A stretch of DNA of 42,518 bases from NCBI GenBank assembly GCA_044222475.1, contig JBGANF010000061.1:1-42518 (forward strand), in the 5' to 3' direction. Source of the DNA: Polyangiaceae bacterium (GTDB lineage: Bacteria; Myxococcota_A; Polyangia; Polyangiales; Polyangiaceae). Shown one piece after another: positions 9,763-19,517 of this stretch (position 1 is the stretch's first letter; every line of letters begins with the position of its first letter). The notes beneath the pieces were generated by a model. It searched no databases. It saw only the letters and a program-made list of their open reading frames with translations, and had not been told where the DNA came from. Position numbers and translations under genes: made by a program.

Positions 9763-11190
9763 ATGAGAATCCTGGGGGGACTCTTTCTAGCGACGCTCGT
9801 GGCCTGCTCCGACCCGGATCCGGTCGTGACGCCGGACGCGTCCACTCCGCCCGACGACGTGACCGCCGCCGCCGGTCGTGCCGCGTGTCGCTACGGTCGA
9901 GGCGCGCTGCCCGCACAGACGCTGGGCACGAGCGCTCCCCTCGGCCGCGCCATCCCGATCGACACCATCGTCGTCCTCATGCTCGAGAACCGGTCCTTCG
10001 ACTCGTATTTCTCTCACCTCGGAAAGTACGCGAAGCGCACCGACATCGAGTCCGCCCCCGACACCGCGTCGAACCCGGACAAGACCGGCCCCGTTCCCGG
10101 TGCGTCTCATCCGACGTTCCACGCGCCGCACCTCTGCCTGCTCGACACGAACCACGAGTGGAGCGGCTCGCACCTCGAGTGGGACGAAGGCAAGATGGAT
10201 GGCTTCGTCGAGGCCAACGAAGGCTTCTTCGAGCGCTTTCCGGACGGCGGCGCGCCTTCGCTCAAGGACGGCTCGCGCGCGATGGGGTGGTTCGACGAGC
10301 GAGACATCCCGTTCTACTACGAGCTCGCCAGCACGTTCGCGACCGGCGACCACTACCACTCGTCGATCCTCGGCCCCACGTGGCCGAACCGGGATTACTT
10401 GTATGCTGCAACGAGCTACGGCGTCATCGACAACACCTGGCCCGAGTTCGGGGACTCGCCGTATCCCAAGAAGGACATCGTCATCTTCGACCTGCTGGAG
10501 AAGAAGCAGATCAGCTGGAACATCTACGCCGACGGTCTGCCCGGCGCGGCGGTGACGGTCGCCTTGGGGATCGTGAATCGATGGGCCGGGCGCAACCCGA
10601 TCCTCAAGACGTCCGACCTCTTCGCCCAAGCCGCCGCGGGCAGCTTGCCGCAGGTCGTGTTCATCGATCCCAAGCTCGGCACCGACGAGCCCGACAGCAA
10701 CGACGAGCACCCTCCGGGGGACGTCCAGGTCGGCCAGAAGTTCACGAGCGACGTCATCCACGCGCTCTTCAAGAGCCCGCAGTGGGACCGCATGGCGATC
10801 TTCGTCACCTACGACGAGCACGGAGGCCTCTACGACCACGTACCGCCACCCCCCGCTTGCGCTCCGGACGATCGCGCGCCGATCCAGCACGTCGGCGACA
10901 CGACGAAGGGCGGCTTCGATCGCTACGGCGTGCGCGTGCCGATGACCGTCGTGTCGCCGTACTCCAAGCCGGCGCACGTATCGCACGTGGTCTACGACCA
11001 CACGAGCATCCTGCGCTTCATCGAGGCGCGGTTCGAGCTACCCGCGCTCACCAAGCGCGACGCGAACGCCGAGGCGATGTTCGACTTCTTCGATTTCTCC
11101 AAGCCCGCGTTCGCCACGCCGCCCGTCATCGCCGAGCCGACGATCGATCAAGCCGAGCTCCTCTACTGCGTGAACACGTTCCGCAAGTAG
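9763..11190 (+). CDS. Phosphoesterase family protein (phospholipase C/acid phosphatase), lipoprotein
   Basis: IVVLMLENRSFDSYF, GPTWPNR, NDEHPP, TYDEHGGLYDHVPPP, GVRVP, YDHTSILRFIE. Confidence 0.92.
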   Translation: MRILGGLFLATLVACSDPDPVVTPDASTPPDDVTAAAGRAACRYGRGALPAQTLGTSAPLGRAIPIDTIVVLMLENRSFDSYFSHLGKYAKRTDIESAPDTASNPDKTGPVPGASHPTFHAPHLCLLDTNHEWSGSHLEWDEGKMDGFVEANEGFFERFPDGGAPSLKDGSRAMGWFDERDIPFYYELASTFATGDHYHSSILGPTWPNRDYLYAATSYGVIDNTWPEFGDSPYPKKDIVIFDLLEKKQISWNIYADGLPGAAVTVALGIVNRWAGRNPILKTSDLFAQAAAGSLPQVVFIDPKLGTDEPDSNDEHPPGDVQVGQKFTSDVIHALFKSPQWDRMAIFVTYDEHGGLYDHVPPPPACAPDDRAPIQHVGDTTKGGFDRYGVRVPMTVVSPYSKPAHVSHVVYDHTSILRFIEARFELPALTKRDANAEAMFDFFDFSKPAFATPPVIAEPTIDQAELLYCVNTFRK

Positions 11191-11191
11191 A

Positions 11192-12640
11192 TCACTTCTT
11201 GATCGGCTCGAACCCGCGCCACGCGTCGCCGTAGAAGCCGCCGGGGTTCCACATCGCCCAGCCGGCGCCGCCGGCCTCTTCGCCCGAGATGGTCTCTTGG
11301 CGAAGGTACTGCGGCGAGTAGTTCGGCGTGTTCCAGTTCGAGGCCTGGACCCACGGGCGGATGACCGCGACGTGATCCCCGGCCGGAAGCTTGGCGATCG
11401 CGGCCTTGGTGCCGATGCCGACGATCTCGGGGTGATTGCCAGGGATGTCCCAGCCGTAGAACCCTTTCCCATAGTGGGACGGGTACACCATCGGCATCAG
11501 CGCTTCGCACTCGGGTCCGAGGTGAGCGATGTCCTGGCCGAGACCGTCGATGTCTTGCTGCGTGCCGATCGCGGTGACGCCGAAGACGTCGACACTGAGC
11601 GGAACGTGCGCCTTCTGCGTCATCTGGTGGACGTCGTGGACGAACTTCGTGATGACGCCGACGGTCGTACGTCCCGTGTCCTTGAGGTGGAAGTCCGCGT
11701 TCCCCAGACCGCCCTGCACGGGGTAGCGCACGTAGTCGAGGTTGATCTCGTCGGCGCCGAGATCCAGGGCTTCTTGGACGAGGTCGAAGATGTACTTCTG
11801 CGACTCCGCGCCGCCCGGGTCGAGCCAGCCGATGGGATACGGCCCACCCCAGTATCCCTTGATGCTGAGCTCGGGCGTGCGCTCCGCGGTCCACGGATCG
11901 TGGAAGCACGCGATTCGGAGGGAGACCAGCACGCCGTGCTTGTGAGCGAACCGGATCGCACGCGACATGTCGGCGATGAGCGCGCCCCTGGTCGCTCCGT
12001 TCTTCACCGCGACGTCCACCTTCGAGGGGTACGTCATCGGGCCCATGTATTCCTTCGCGTCGAGGATGGCGAGGTTGAACCCGCGGACGCGCATGTTCTC
12101 GAGCGTGGTCTCCCACGTCCCGACCGCGTCCCGCCCACCCAGGTAGATCGAGCGCAGCTTCTTGTCGGCGGGCCAAGGCAACCTGGCCTCCGCTTGGGGC
12201 GCGTACGCCTGCTGCACCGGCTCGGGGATCGCGATGGTCGAACCGACCTTGAGCGCCGGGTACTTCTTCTGGATCTTCGCCATGAGATCCGGCGCGAGGT
12301 AGACCTCCGACACGTTCAGGTACGCCTTCGCGATCGACGCGGCGGTGTCCTTCGGCTGGACCTCGTGGGTGATCACGATCGCTCCGGCTTCGCGGGCGAC
12401 GTGGCCTCCGGGCGGCAGCTGCGGCGTGATCCAGTCGAGCGCGGCGTCTTTCGCCTCGTCGACCGGCGGAGGCGGGGCTGCGACCTGCGGCACGCTGTCG
12501 AGCTTCGTCTCCGGCGCGAGCGCGGCTTGAGAGAGGTGTGCCGGCTTGGCGGCGTCGGCGCTCTCGGGATGACCCGGCGAGCCGCAGCTCGCGAGTAGCG
12601 CGCCAAGAACCAACCCACCAAAGCCACGCCTGCGGTTCAT
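11192..12640 (-). CDS. Lipoprotein with LysM-like domain and putative glycoside hydrolase (DUF4015-like)
   Basis: LLASC lipobox; HEVQPKDTAASIAKAY...LKVGSTIAIP (LysM-like); GADEINLDYVRYP, SVDVFG, GQD, PMVYPSHY, IRPWVQA. Confidence 0.8.
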   Translation of the reverse strand: MNRRRGFGGLVLGALLASCGSPGHPESADAAKPAHLSQAALAPETKLDSVPQVAAPPPPVDEAKDAALDWITPQLPPGGHVAREAGAIVITHEVQPKDTAASIAKAYLNVSEVYLAPDLMAKIQKKYPALKVGSTIAIPEPVQQAYAPQAEARLPWPADKKLRSIYLGGRDAVGTWETTLENMRVRGFNLAILDAKEYMGPMTYPSKVDVAVKNGATRGALIADMSRAIRFAHKHGVLVSLRIACFHDPWTAERTPELSIKGYWGGPYPIGWLDPGGAESQKYIFDLVQEALDLGADEINLDYVRYPVQGGLGNADFHLKDTGRTTVGVITKFVHDVHQMTQKAHVPLSVDVFGVTAIGTQQDIDGLGQDIAHLGPECEALMPMVYPSHYGKGFYGWDIPGNHPEIVGIGTKAAIAKLPAGDHVAVIRPWVQASNWNTPNYSPQYLRQETISGEEAGGAGWAMWNPGGFYGDAWRGFEPIKK

Positions 12641-12732
12641 CACGGATGCCTCCCCGAGGGCCGAAGCCGGCAGCCCTCGCCCACGTAGGTTGATGTAGGT
12701 GCGCCCGCAGGGCCAAGTTTTCGCAGCGCTTT

Positions 12733-13779
12733 TCAGCCGAGGCGGGCCAGCTCGCGGGCGATCGATCGAGCCGCCCACGGACCCCGATAGATGAAGCCGG
12801 TGTAGAGCTGGACGAGGTCGGCGCCGGCATCGAGCAGGGCCTTCGCGTGGGCGCCGGTCTCGACGCCGCCCACGCCCACGATCGCGATCGCGGGCAGCGC
12901 CGCGCGCGTCCTCTTCACCACCTCGATCGCTCGCGCGCGGAGCGGCGCACCGCTGAGCCCGCCGGCGCCGATCGCCTCGATCGTGCTCGCGTCGGTGGCG
13001 AGGCCGTTGCGCGCGAGGGTGGTGTTCGTCGCGACGACACCGTCGAGCTTCGTGTCGGAGACGACGCGGTGGAGATCGTCGAGTGCGCCGTCGTCGAGGT
13101 CGGGCGCGATCTTCACGAGGAGAGGCTTCTTCCCGAGTCGCGCGTTCTCCTCGGCGATTCCGGCGAACAGCGCGCGAGCCAGCGCAGCGCCCTGGAGCGC
13201 GCGAAGGTTCTTCGTGTTCGGCGACGACACGTTGACGACGACGAAGTCGGAGACCGGGTGCACCGCGCGGAAGCTCTCGATGTAATCTGCAAGTATCGGC
13301 GCGACGTCTTCGCCGACGTCGACGACGCGCGACTTGCCGATCGAGAAGCCCACCGGGACGCCGACGGCCTGCGCTCCACCGTGGCGACGGAAGCGTTCGA
13401 CGACGGCCGCCGCTCCCTCGTTGGGAAACCCGAGCCGGTTCACGAGCGCACGATCGCGGGGAAGGCGAAACAGATTGGGGCGGGGGTTCTCGTCCTGGGC
13501 GCGGGCGGTCACGGTACCGAGCTCGAGGAACCCGAACCCCAGCGCGGCGAGAGCGCGCGGTCGCAAAGCGTTCTTGTCGAAGCCGCCCGCGAGGCCGATC
13601 GGCGATGGGAACGAGAGCCCGAGCACGGTCTTGCGGAGCGACGGCGGCGGTTTGGCGAGAGCGCGCGCGATCGCGCGGAGCGGCCCGAAGTGCTCCAGCG
13701 GGGCGAGAGACAGCGTGCCCAACGCGTGCGCCACGTGCGGATCGAGCGCGAAGAGGAGCGGCCGAGCGAGGGCGTACAC
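12733..13779 (-). CDS. pyrD: Quinone-dependent dihydroorotate dehydrogenase
   Basis: PIGLAGGFDKN, GTVT, NPRPNLFRL, NRLGFPNEG, NVSSPNT, VKIAPD, GGLSG, LVQLYTG. Confidence 0.95.
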   Translation of the reverse strand: MYALARPLLFALDPHVAHALGTLSLAPLEHFGPLRAIARALAKPPPSLRKTVLGLSFPSPIGLAGGFDKNALRPRALAALGFGFLELGTVTARAQDENPRPNLFRLPRDRALVNRLGFPNEGAAAVVERFRRHGGAQAVGVPVGFSIGKSRVVDVGEDVAPILADYIESFRAVHPVSDFVVVNVSSPNTKNLRALQGAALARALFAGIAEENARLGKKPLLVKIAPDLDDGALDDLHRVVSDTKLDGVVATNTTLARNGLATDASTIEAIGAGGLSGAPLRARAIEVVKRTRAALPAIAIVGVGGVETGAHAKALLDAGADLVQLYTGFIYRGPWAARSIARELARLG

Positions 13780-13796
13780 CGCGGCGAATCCTAGTG

Positions 13797-13802
13797 TATC
13801 CT
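13797..13802 (+). promoter_or_regulatory. Putative -10 hexamer (TATCCT), back-to-back with a minus-strand TAGGAT (13788-13793) for pyrD
   Basis: The 29-bp divergent gap contains TATCCT-6nt-ATG13809 and, on the minus strand, TAGGAT-8nt-GTG13779. Confidence 0.5.
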
Positions 13803-13808
13803 CCGGGC

Positions 13809-14213
13809 ATGACCTCGCTGAAATCACTCCTTCTCTTCGGATGTGGGCTCTCGATCGCGGCGGTCGTCGCGTGCGGCGGCGACGACACCTCCTCGACCCC
13901 GGACTCGGGGAGCAGCTCGCTGAACGGCTGCACCGACGCGAGCTACAGCGATCAGACCGCGGCCGGCGCGACGATCACCTGGGATTTCACCGTCAGCCCC
14001 AAGTGCGTGAAGATCAAAGCCGGCCAGACCGTCACGTGGAACGGCAACTTCGCCACCCACCCGATCAACCCGTTCGGCGGCGATCAGGGCAGCCCAGTGC
14101 CGAGCACCAGCACGGGGAATACGGCCAAAGGCACGTTCCCCACCGCCGGCACGTTCGGCTTCCACTGCGTGAACCACCCGTCCATGCTCGGGGCGGTCAA
14201 AGTCGTCCCCTGA
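13809..14213 (+). CDS. Cupredoxin (plastocyanin/amicyanin-like) lipoprotein 1
   Basis: VVAC lipobox; IKAGQTVTW, upstream His (THP), FHCVNHPSMLG type-1 Cu ligand loop. Confidence 0.85.
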   Translation: MTSLKSLLLFGCGLSIAAVVACGGDDTSSTPDSGSSSLNGCTDASYSDQTAAGATITWDFTVSPKCVKIKAGQTVTWNGNFATHPINPFGGDQGSPVPSTSTGNTAKGTFPTAGTFGFHCVNHPSMLGAVKVVP

Positions 14214-14254
14214 CGCGTTGAATCTGGGCCTGGCCCCAAGTAGGCTGCGCGCCC

Positions 14255-14791
14255 ATGCGTTCCCTCCTTCCCATTGGAATCCTCGCGTTCGCGCTCGCGG
14301 CGTGCGGTGGCGACGACACGACTACTCCGGCCATCGACAGCGGCGCCGACACCGGCGGTCAAAAGGACTCCAGCGTGAACGACTCGGGGTCGGGTGACGC
14401 CGCGAAGGACACGGGGACGACCGACTCGAGCACCACCGACTCGGGCACCGACGCGGCGGTCGATTCGGGCCCGCAACCGGTCAACGGCTGCACGACCTTC
14501 GTCGACAAGAGCCAACCGAACGACGTTCGCGACATCGCCTTCCCCACGGGCGTCGGGCCCGTCCAGTACAGCCCCAACTGCATGAAGATCAAGGCGGGCC
14601 AGTCGGTGACGTGGAACGGAGCGTTCGCGAACCACCCCCTCATCGCGTCGGGCGGTGACGCGGGCAACCCCATCACGACGACGAGCACGGGAACGACGAA
14701 GGCGTTCGCGTTCCCCACGGCGGGCACCTACGGGTTCGCGTGTCAGTTCCACGGATTCAGCATGTTCGGCGCGATTCAAGTCGTTCCCTGA
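14255..14791 (+). CDS. Cupredoxin (plastocyanin-like) lipoprotein 2
   Basis: LAAC lipobox; DSG/DTG linker; IKAGQSVTW, NHP, FACQFHGFSMFG. Confidence 0.85.
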   Translation: MRSLLPIGILAFALAACGGDDTTTPAIDSGADTGGQKDSSVNDSGSGDAAKDTGTTDSSTTDSGTDAAVDSGPQPVNGCTTFVDKSQPNDVRDIAFPTGVGPVQYSPNCMKIKAGQSVTWNGAFANHPLIASGGDAGNPITTTSTGTTKAFAFPTAGTYGFACQFHGFSMFGAIQVVP

Positions 14792-14815
14792 CGGAACGGA
14801 AGAAGGAGATTTCAC

Positions 14816-15928
14816 GTGATCATCGGCGTTCCGAAAGAGATCAAGACCCGCGAGTACCGAGTTGGGATGACGCCGGCTGGCGTCCGTAGCCTCACGTCCC
14901 GAGGCCACAAAGTGCTCGTCGAGAAGAGCGCCGGTGTCGGCAGCGGCCTTTCCGACGCGGACTACGTCGCCGCCGGCGCCACGATCGTCAACAGCGCCGC
15001 CGAAGCGTGGGGCGCGGAGATGGTCGTCAAGGTCAAGGAGCCGCTCCCCGCGGAGTTCGGCTTCTTCCGCGAGAACCTCGTCGTGTACACGTACCTGCAC
15101 CTCGCGCCGGAGCCCGAGCTCACGAAGCAGCTCCTCGCGAAGAAGGTCCAAGGCGTCGCCTACGAGACGATCGAGAACCCCGATCGCACGCTGCCGCTCC
15201 TTCGCCCGATGAGCGAAGTCGCGGGCCGCATGGCGGTGCAGGTCGGCGCGACGTGCCTCGAGAAAGAGCGCGGCGGCAAGGGCGTCCTCCTCGGCGGCGT
15301 GCCGGGCACGCGGCGCGGTCGCGTCGTGATCCTCGGCGGTGGCGTCGTCGGTCGCAACGCGGCGACGATCGCGATCGGCATGGGCGCGCAGGTCACCGTC
15401 CTCGACGTTCGCGCCGAGACGATGGCGTACCTCGAAGACGTCTTCGGTGGCGCGGTCGAGACGCTGTACTCGAACCCGGTCAACATCGAGCAGAGCGTGG
15501 CGCGCGCGGACCTCGTCGTCGGCGCAGTCCTCGTGACGGGCGCTTCGGCGCCGAAGCTCGTCACCCGCGAGCTCATCGGCAAGATGGAGAAGGGTAGCGT
15601 CGTCGTCGACGTCGCCGTCGATCAAGGCGGCTGCATCGAGACGTGCCGTCCGACCTCGCACGATCACCCCACGTACGACGTCGACGGCGTCATCCACTAC
15701 TGCGTCCCGAACATGCCGGGAGCGGTCCCGCAGACGAGCACCTGGGCGCTCACCAACACGACCCTCGGCTATGCGCTGAAGATCGCGGAGCACGGGCTCG
15801 TGAAGGCTGCCAAGGCCGATCGCGCGCTCGCGCTCGGCATCAACACCTTCAACGGGCACATCACCTGCGAGGGCGTCGCCCAGGCGCACAAGGCGGAGTA
15901 CGTCCCGGTCGAGAAGGTGCTCGGCTGA
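14816..15928 (+). CDS. ald: Alanine dehydrogenase
   Basis: [72 protein letters not shown]. Confidence 0.97.
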   Translation: MIIGVPKEIKTREYRVGMTPAGVRSLTSRGHKVLVEKSAGVGSGLSDADYVAAGATIVNSAAEAWGAEMVVKVKEPLPAEFGFFRENLVVYTYLHLAPEPELTKQLLAKKVQGVAYETIENPDRTLPLLRPMSEVAGRMAVQVGATCLEKERGGKGVLLGGVPGTRRGRVVILGGGVVGRNAATIAIGMGAQVTVLDVRAETMAYLEDVFGGAVETLYSNPVNIEQSVARADLVVGAVLVTGASAPKLVTRELIGKMEKGSVVVDVAVDQGGCIETCRPTSHDHPTYDVDGVIHYCVPNMPGAVPQTSTWALTNTTLGYALKIAEHGLVKAAKADRALALGINTFNGHITCEGVAQAHKAEYVPVEKVLG

Positions 15929-16674
15929 TCGCGTACGGCGACATCGACCTTCTCTCGCTCGACGCCGGCAACACGGTCATCTTCCTCGATCATCCGCGCC
16001 TCGCTCGCCTCGCGGGCGAGGCCGGTTTCGTCGTGTCCGCCGAGCGCCTCATCGTGACCGAGGGCGAAGCGAAGCGCATGACCGGCGATCCGGCGTCGAT
16101 GGTGGATCCAGCGTGGCGCGAACGGAGCGCGCCGGGGGCCGCCGGATGGGGACGCATGGTCGCGACGATGCTCGCGCGCGCCGGCGTTCCCGAGGCCGCG
16201 CTTCCCGAGCTCGTGTCGCGCGTGTGGGCGAGCCACGTGGAGCACAACCTTTGGTCGCTCGTCCCGGAGGGGTTCGTGTCGGCGATGGCCGAGCTGCGCG
16301 CGGCCGGTGTGAAGACCGCGATCGTCTCGAACTCGGAGGGGATGCTCGATCGGCTCTTCGTCACCCTCGGCATCGACGGCTGCTTCGACGCGCTGATCGA
16401 CAGCGGTCGCGTCGGGGTCGAGAAGCCGGACCCGGCGATCTTCCGGATCGCGTGCGAGCGAACCGGTACCACGTTGGGACGAGCGCTGCACTTGGGCGAC
16501 ACCTACGCGACCGACGTCGTCGGTGCCCGAAACGCCGGGATGGCGACCGCGCTGATCGATCCGCACGGCCACTACGAGGGGCTCTACCCCGACGTCCCGC
16601 GAGTCGCGGGAGCCGTCGAGGTCGCGCGCGCCCTCGTCGCCGCTCGCCGAGCCGCTCACTTCACGCAGGCGTAG
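15925..16674 (+). CDS. HAD-superfamily hydrolase
   Basis: Motif [33 protein letters not shown]. Start uncertain: a CTG overlapping the ald stop is proposed. Confidence 0.85.
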   Translation: MIAYGDIDLLSLDAGNTVIFLDHPRLARLAGEAGFVVSAERLIVTEGEAKRMTGDPASMVDPAWRERSAPGAAGWGRMVATMLARAGVPEAALPELVSRVWASHVEHNLWSLVPEGFVSAMAELRAAGVKTAIVSNSEGMLDRLFVTLGIDGCFDALIDSGRVGVEKPDPAIFRIACERTGTTLGRALHLGDTYATDVVGARNAGMATALIDPHGHYEGLYPDVPRVAGAVEVARALVAARRAAHFTQA

Positions 16675-16994
16675 GCGCGCGTGCAGGTGCCCATCGCGTC
16701 GGCGACGGCCTTGTCTTTCTCTTCCATGCGGCACGTGAGCCCCTCGGCGCAGTGGAACCCGGCGACGCCCCCGCAGCTGCCGCCCTCGGGCGACGGCGCC
16801 GACGGTCCCTGACCCCCGGGCACCGGCGTGTACGGCTTCGGCGCGCAGTGAAGCCCGTCGCCGCAGGTTCGCGTGGTGCGCGAGCCGATGGCGCACTCGT
16901 CTCCCTCGCTGCCCGGGTCGACCGACGGCGAGTCGGCTCCCTTGCAGGCGACGAAGAAAACGACGAGCACCAATCCGACGCTGCGAACGATCAT
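16656..16994 (-). CDS. Small Cys-rich lipoprotein
   Basis: FFVAC lipobox; two EGxxC...C.xGLxC repeats. Confidence 0.75.
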   Translation of the reverse strand: MIVRSVGLVLVVFFVACKGADSPSVDPGSEGDECAIGSRTTRTCGDGLHCAPKPYTPVPGGQGPSAPSPEGGSCGGVAGFHCAEGLTCRMEEKDKAVADAMGTCTRAYACVK

Positions 16995-17020
16995 GGAGCC
17001 ATCGTATACTCCCCGGCCCC

Positions 17021-18097
17021 ATGGCCAAGCACCTCATCGCCGTCATCCCCGGAGACGGCATTGGTTCGGAAGTCCTCGCCCAAGCGACGCGCGTCCTCGA
17101 GCTGTACAAGGAGAAGCGGGGCCTGCCTCTCGACCTTTGGCAGCTCGATCTCGGTGCCGACCGCTACCTGAAGGACGGGACGACGTATCCCAAAGAGGTA
17201 CGCGAGCGAATCGAGAAAGAGGCGCGCGCCGTGCTCCTTGGCGCGCTCGGCGATCCGCGCGTGCCCGGCCTCGAGCACGCCCGCGACATCCTGTTCGGGC
17301 TGCGCTTCGGTCTCGACCTCTACGCCAACGTGCGCCCGGTGAAGGCTCTGAGCGATCGACTGGTGCCGCTCAAGGGCCGCACCGCGAAGGACGTCGACTT
17401 CGTCGTCTTCCGCGAGAACACCGAAGGCGTGTACGTCGGCATGGGTGGCCAGTTCAAGCGAGGGACCCCCGACGAGGTCGCGATCAACGAAGACGTGAAC
17501 ACCCGCAAAGGCGTCGAACGGCTGATCCGCGCCGGCTTCGAGTACGCGAAGAAGCACGGCAAGAAGACGGTCCACATGGCCGACAAGTCGAACGCCATGC
17601 GGCACGCGCACGAGCTCTGGTACCGCTGCTTCTTCGAGGTCGCGAAGGAGTACCCCGGCATCGACGCGAAGCACGTCTACGTCGACGCGCTGTGTCTCTA
17701 CTTGATCCAGGACCCGTCGCCGTTCGAGGTCATCGTGACGTGCAACCTCTTCGGCGACATCGTCACCGATCTCGGCGCAGCGCTCCAAGGCGGCCTCGGG
17801 ATGGCAGCCAGCGCGAACGTGCACGCGTCGGATCCGTCGCGCGTCGCGATGTTCGAGCCGGTGCACGGCTCGGCGCCGCCCCTCGCCGGCAAGGACCTCG
17901 CGAACCCTCTCGCCAGCGTCCTCAGCGTCGGGATGATGCTCGCTCACCTCGGCTGGCCGGAAGAAGAGCGGCGGCTCGAAGCGATCGTCGCGCGCGCGAT
18001 CGAAACGAAGAACTGTACTCGGGACGTCGGAGGCGACCTCGGCACCCGCGCCGTCGGCGATTGGGTGGTCGGCGAGCTGACCAAAGAGCTTCGCTGA
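17021..18097 (+). CDS. leuB: Isocitrate/isopropylmalate dehydrogenase family, probably 3-isopropylmalate dehydrogenase
   Basis: IAVIPGDGIGSEV, LYANVRP, RENTEG, DKSN, NLFGDIVTDL, FEPVHGSAP. Exact substrate is uncertain. Confidence 0.8.
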   Translation: MAKHLIAVIPGDGIGSEVLAQATRVLELYKEKRGLPLDLWQLDLGADRYLKDGTTYPKEVRERIEKEARAVLLGALGDPRVPGLEHARDILFGLRFGLDLYANVRPVKALSDRLVPLKGRTAKDVDFVVFRENTEGVYVGMGGQFKRGTPDEVAINEDVNTRKGVERLIRAGFEYAKKHGKKTVHMADKSNAMRHAHELWYRCFFEVAKEYPGIDAKHVYVDALCLYLIQDPSPFEVIVTCNLFGDIVTDLGAALQGGLGMAASANVHASDPSRVAMFEPVHGSAPPLAGKDLANPLASVLSVGMMLAHLGWPEEERRLEAIVARAIETKNCTRDVGGDLGTRAVGDWVVGELTKELR

Positions 18098-18098
18098 G

Positions 18099-18662
18099 TC
18101 AGCCGACGAGGTGCGCCAGGAGCAGCTTCGCGGCGACGCCGATGAGCGCGATGCCGCCCATGGCCTCGAAGCGCGACCCGATGCGATCGCCGAGTGAGCG
18201 GCCGAAATGAAACGCACCGGCGGCGATGACGAAGGTGATGACGCCGATCACGGCGGCGCACACCGCGAGCGCGATGTGGAACAGCGGCAAGGTCACTCCA
18301 GCGGCGAGCGCGTCGAGGCTGGTCGCCAGGCCGAGCCCGAGGAGCGCCCTCGCCGCGAACGGGTTCGGGCGCTCGACGCTCTCCTTCTCCTCGTCGCTCT
18401 GGAGGGCAGCGCGGATCATCCTCGCCCCGAGGACCACGAGGATGAGGAAGGCCAGCCAGGGCGTGTACCGGGTGGCGACGCCCGCGAGCCTGCTGCCCGC
18501 GAGCCAGCCGATGCATGGCATCCCCGCCTGAAAAGCCCCGAACACGCCAGCCATCCTCAAGCCCGGACCCCATCCGGCCTTGGGGTTGGCGATGGCCGCC
18601 CCCGCCGCCACCGCAGCGGCGTCCATCGCGAGGCCGACCCCAAGTAGGAGTAACTCCAGCAC
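18099..18662 (-). CDS. mntP: Manganese efflux pump MntP family
   Basis: GLAMDAAAVA, FGAFQAGMPCIGW, LATSLDALAAG, EAMGGIALI. Confidence 0.9.
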   Translation of the reverse strand: MLELLLLGVGLAMDAAAVAAGAAIANPKAGWGPGLRMAGVFGAFQAGMPCIGWLAGSRLAGVATRYTPWLAFLILVVLGARMIRAALQSDEEKESVERPNPFAARALLGLGLATSLDALAAGVTLPLFHIALAVCAAVIGVITFVIAAGAFHFGRSLGDRIGSRFEAMGGIALIGVAAKLLLAHLVG

Positions 18663-18665
18663 TTC

Positions 18666-18697
18666 GACCCGATCGTTAGCATGCTTGCGATCGGGTC
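18666..18697. promoter_or_regulatory. Perfect 10-bp inverted repeat directly upstream of the mntP start
   Basis: GACCCGATCG-N12-CGATCGGGTC, ending 3 nt before the proposed GTG. Confidence 0.55.
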
Positions 18698-18998
18698 CAA
18701 ATCGGCGGCACTGCCACCCCCTAGGTGGCCGATATCCCACCTAATTGGGGGCCTGGAGGGGGACTGCGAGATTTTTTCGCGTAGGAACCAAGGAGCTGCC
18801 AGGAGGCGTGTCGAAGGTCGTCGGAGGGATCCATTTTTCGGGAACTTTTTCCTCGGTCGAGCGTCTGAGCTCCGAGGGGCAGTTTTTTCTCGAGACTCGT
18901 GTCAGACTTTCCTCCCATCCCGGTCTTCGCGACGGGACAGCTTGCGACGGGATAAGCGGTCCTCCGGTAGCCCTTTCTGTCACTCTGGAGACGTCGAA

Positions 18999-19517
18999 AT
19001 GGAACTGCGGGCGGTCAATTTCGTGATTCTGGCTGCGGTCGGCGCGCTGTTCCTGGCGAGCGGCACCCAGCGTGAGCACGCCGTCATTTCCGACGGCAAG
19101 ACCGACTCGGTGCGCGCTCTGGAGGCGGACTACGCCACCAAGAGCAACGACGCCGTCTCCCTCGCCGCCCTCATGCAGGGTTACATCGACGCACAGGCCC
19201 CCGGCCTCGCGATCGCCGCGGTCGAGAGCGCGGACCCCCAGATCCAGGGCGCCCCCAAGGTTCAACACACGTACGCCCGCGCTCTCGTCGAAGCGGGCCG
19301 CGCCAACGAGGCTCTCGCCGCCGAGCAGCGCGTGCTCGACACGTGCGCTGCGCAGGAAGGCGCGTGCGACAGCTGGCTGATCGCGTCGGCGACTCGCCGG
19401 TCGGACATCATGCGTCAGATGGTTTCTCTCGGGATCGAAGACGCGCAGGCCTACCCCGAAGCCAGCGCCATCGCGTACGCGTCCGCAACCCGCGAAGCCC
19501 GGCTCGTCGTCCGGTGA
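18999..19517 (+). CDS. Exported/membrane-anchored helical (TPR-like) hypothetical protein
   Basis: GGAG SD; hydrophobic N-terminus; YARALVEAGRANEALA TPR-like helix. Confidence 0.75.
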   Translation: MELRAVNFVILAAVGALFLASGTQREHAVISDGKTDSVRALEADYATKSNDAVSLAALMQGYIDAQAPGLAIAAVESADPQIQGAPKVQHTYARALVEAGRANEALAAEQRVLDTCAAQEGACDSWLIASATRRSDIMRQMVSLGIEDAQAYPEASAIAYASATREARLVVR

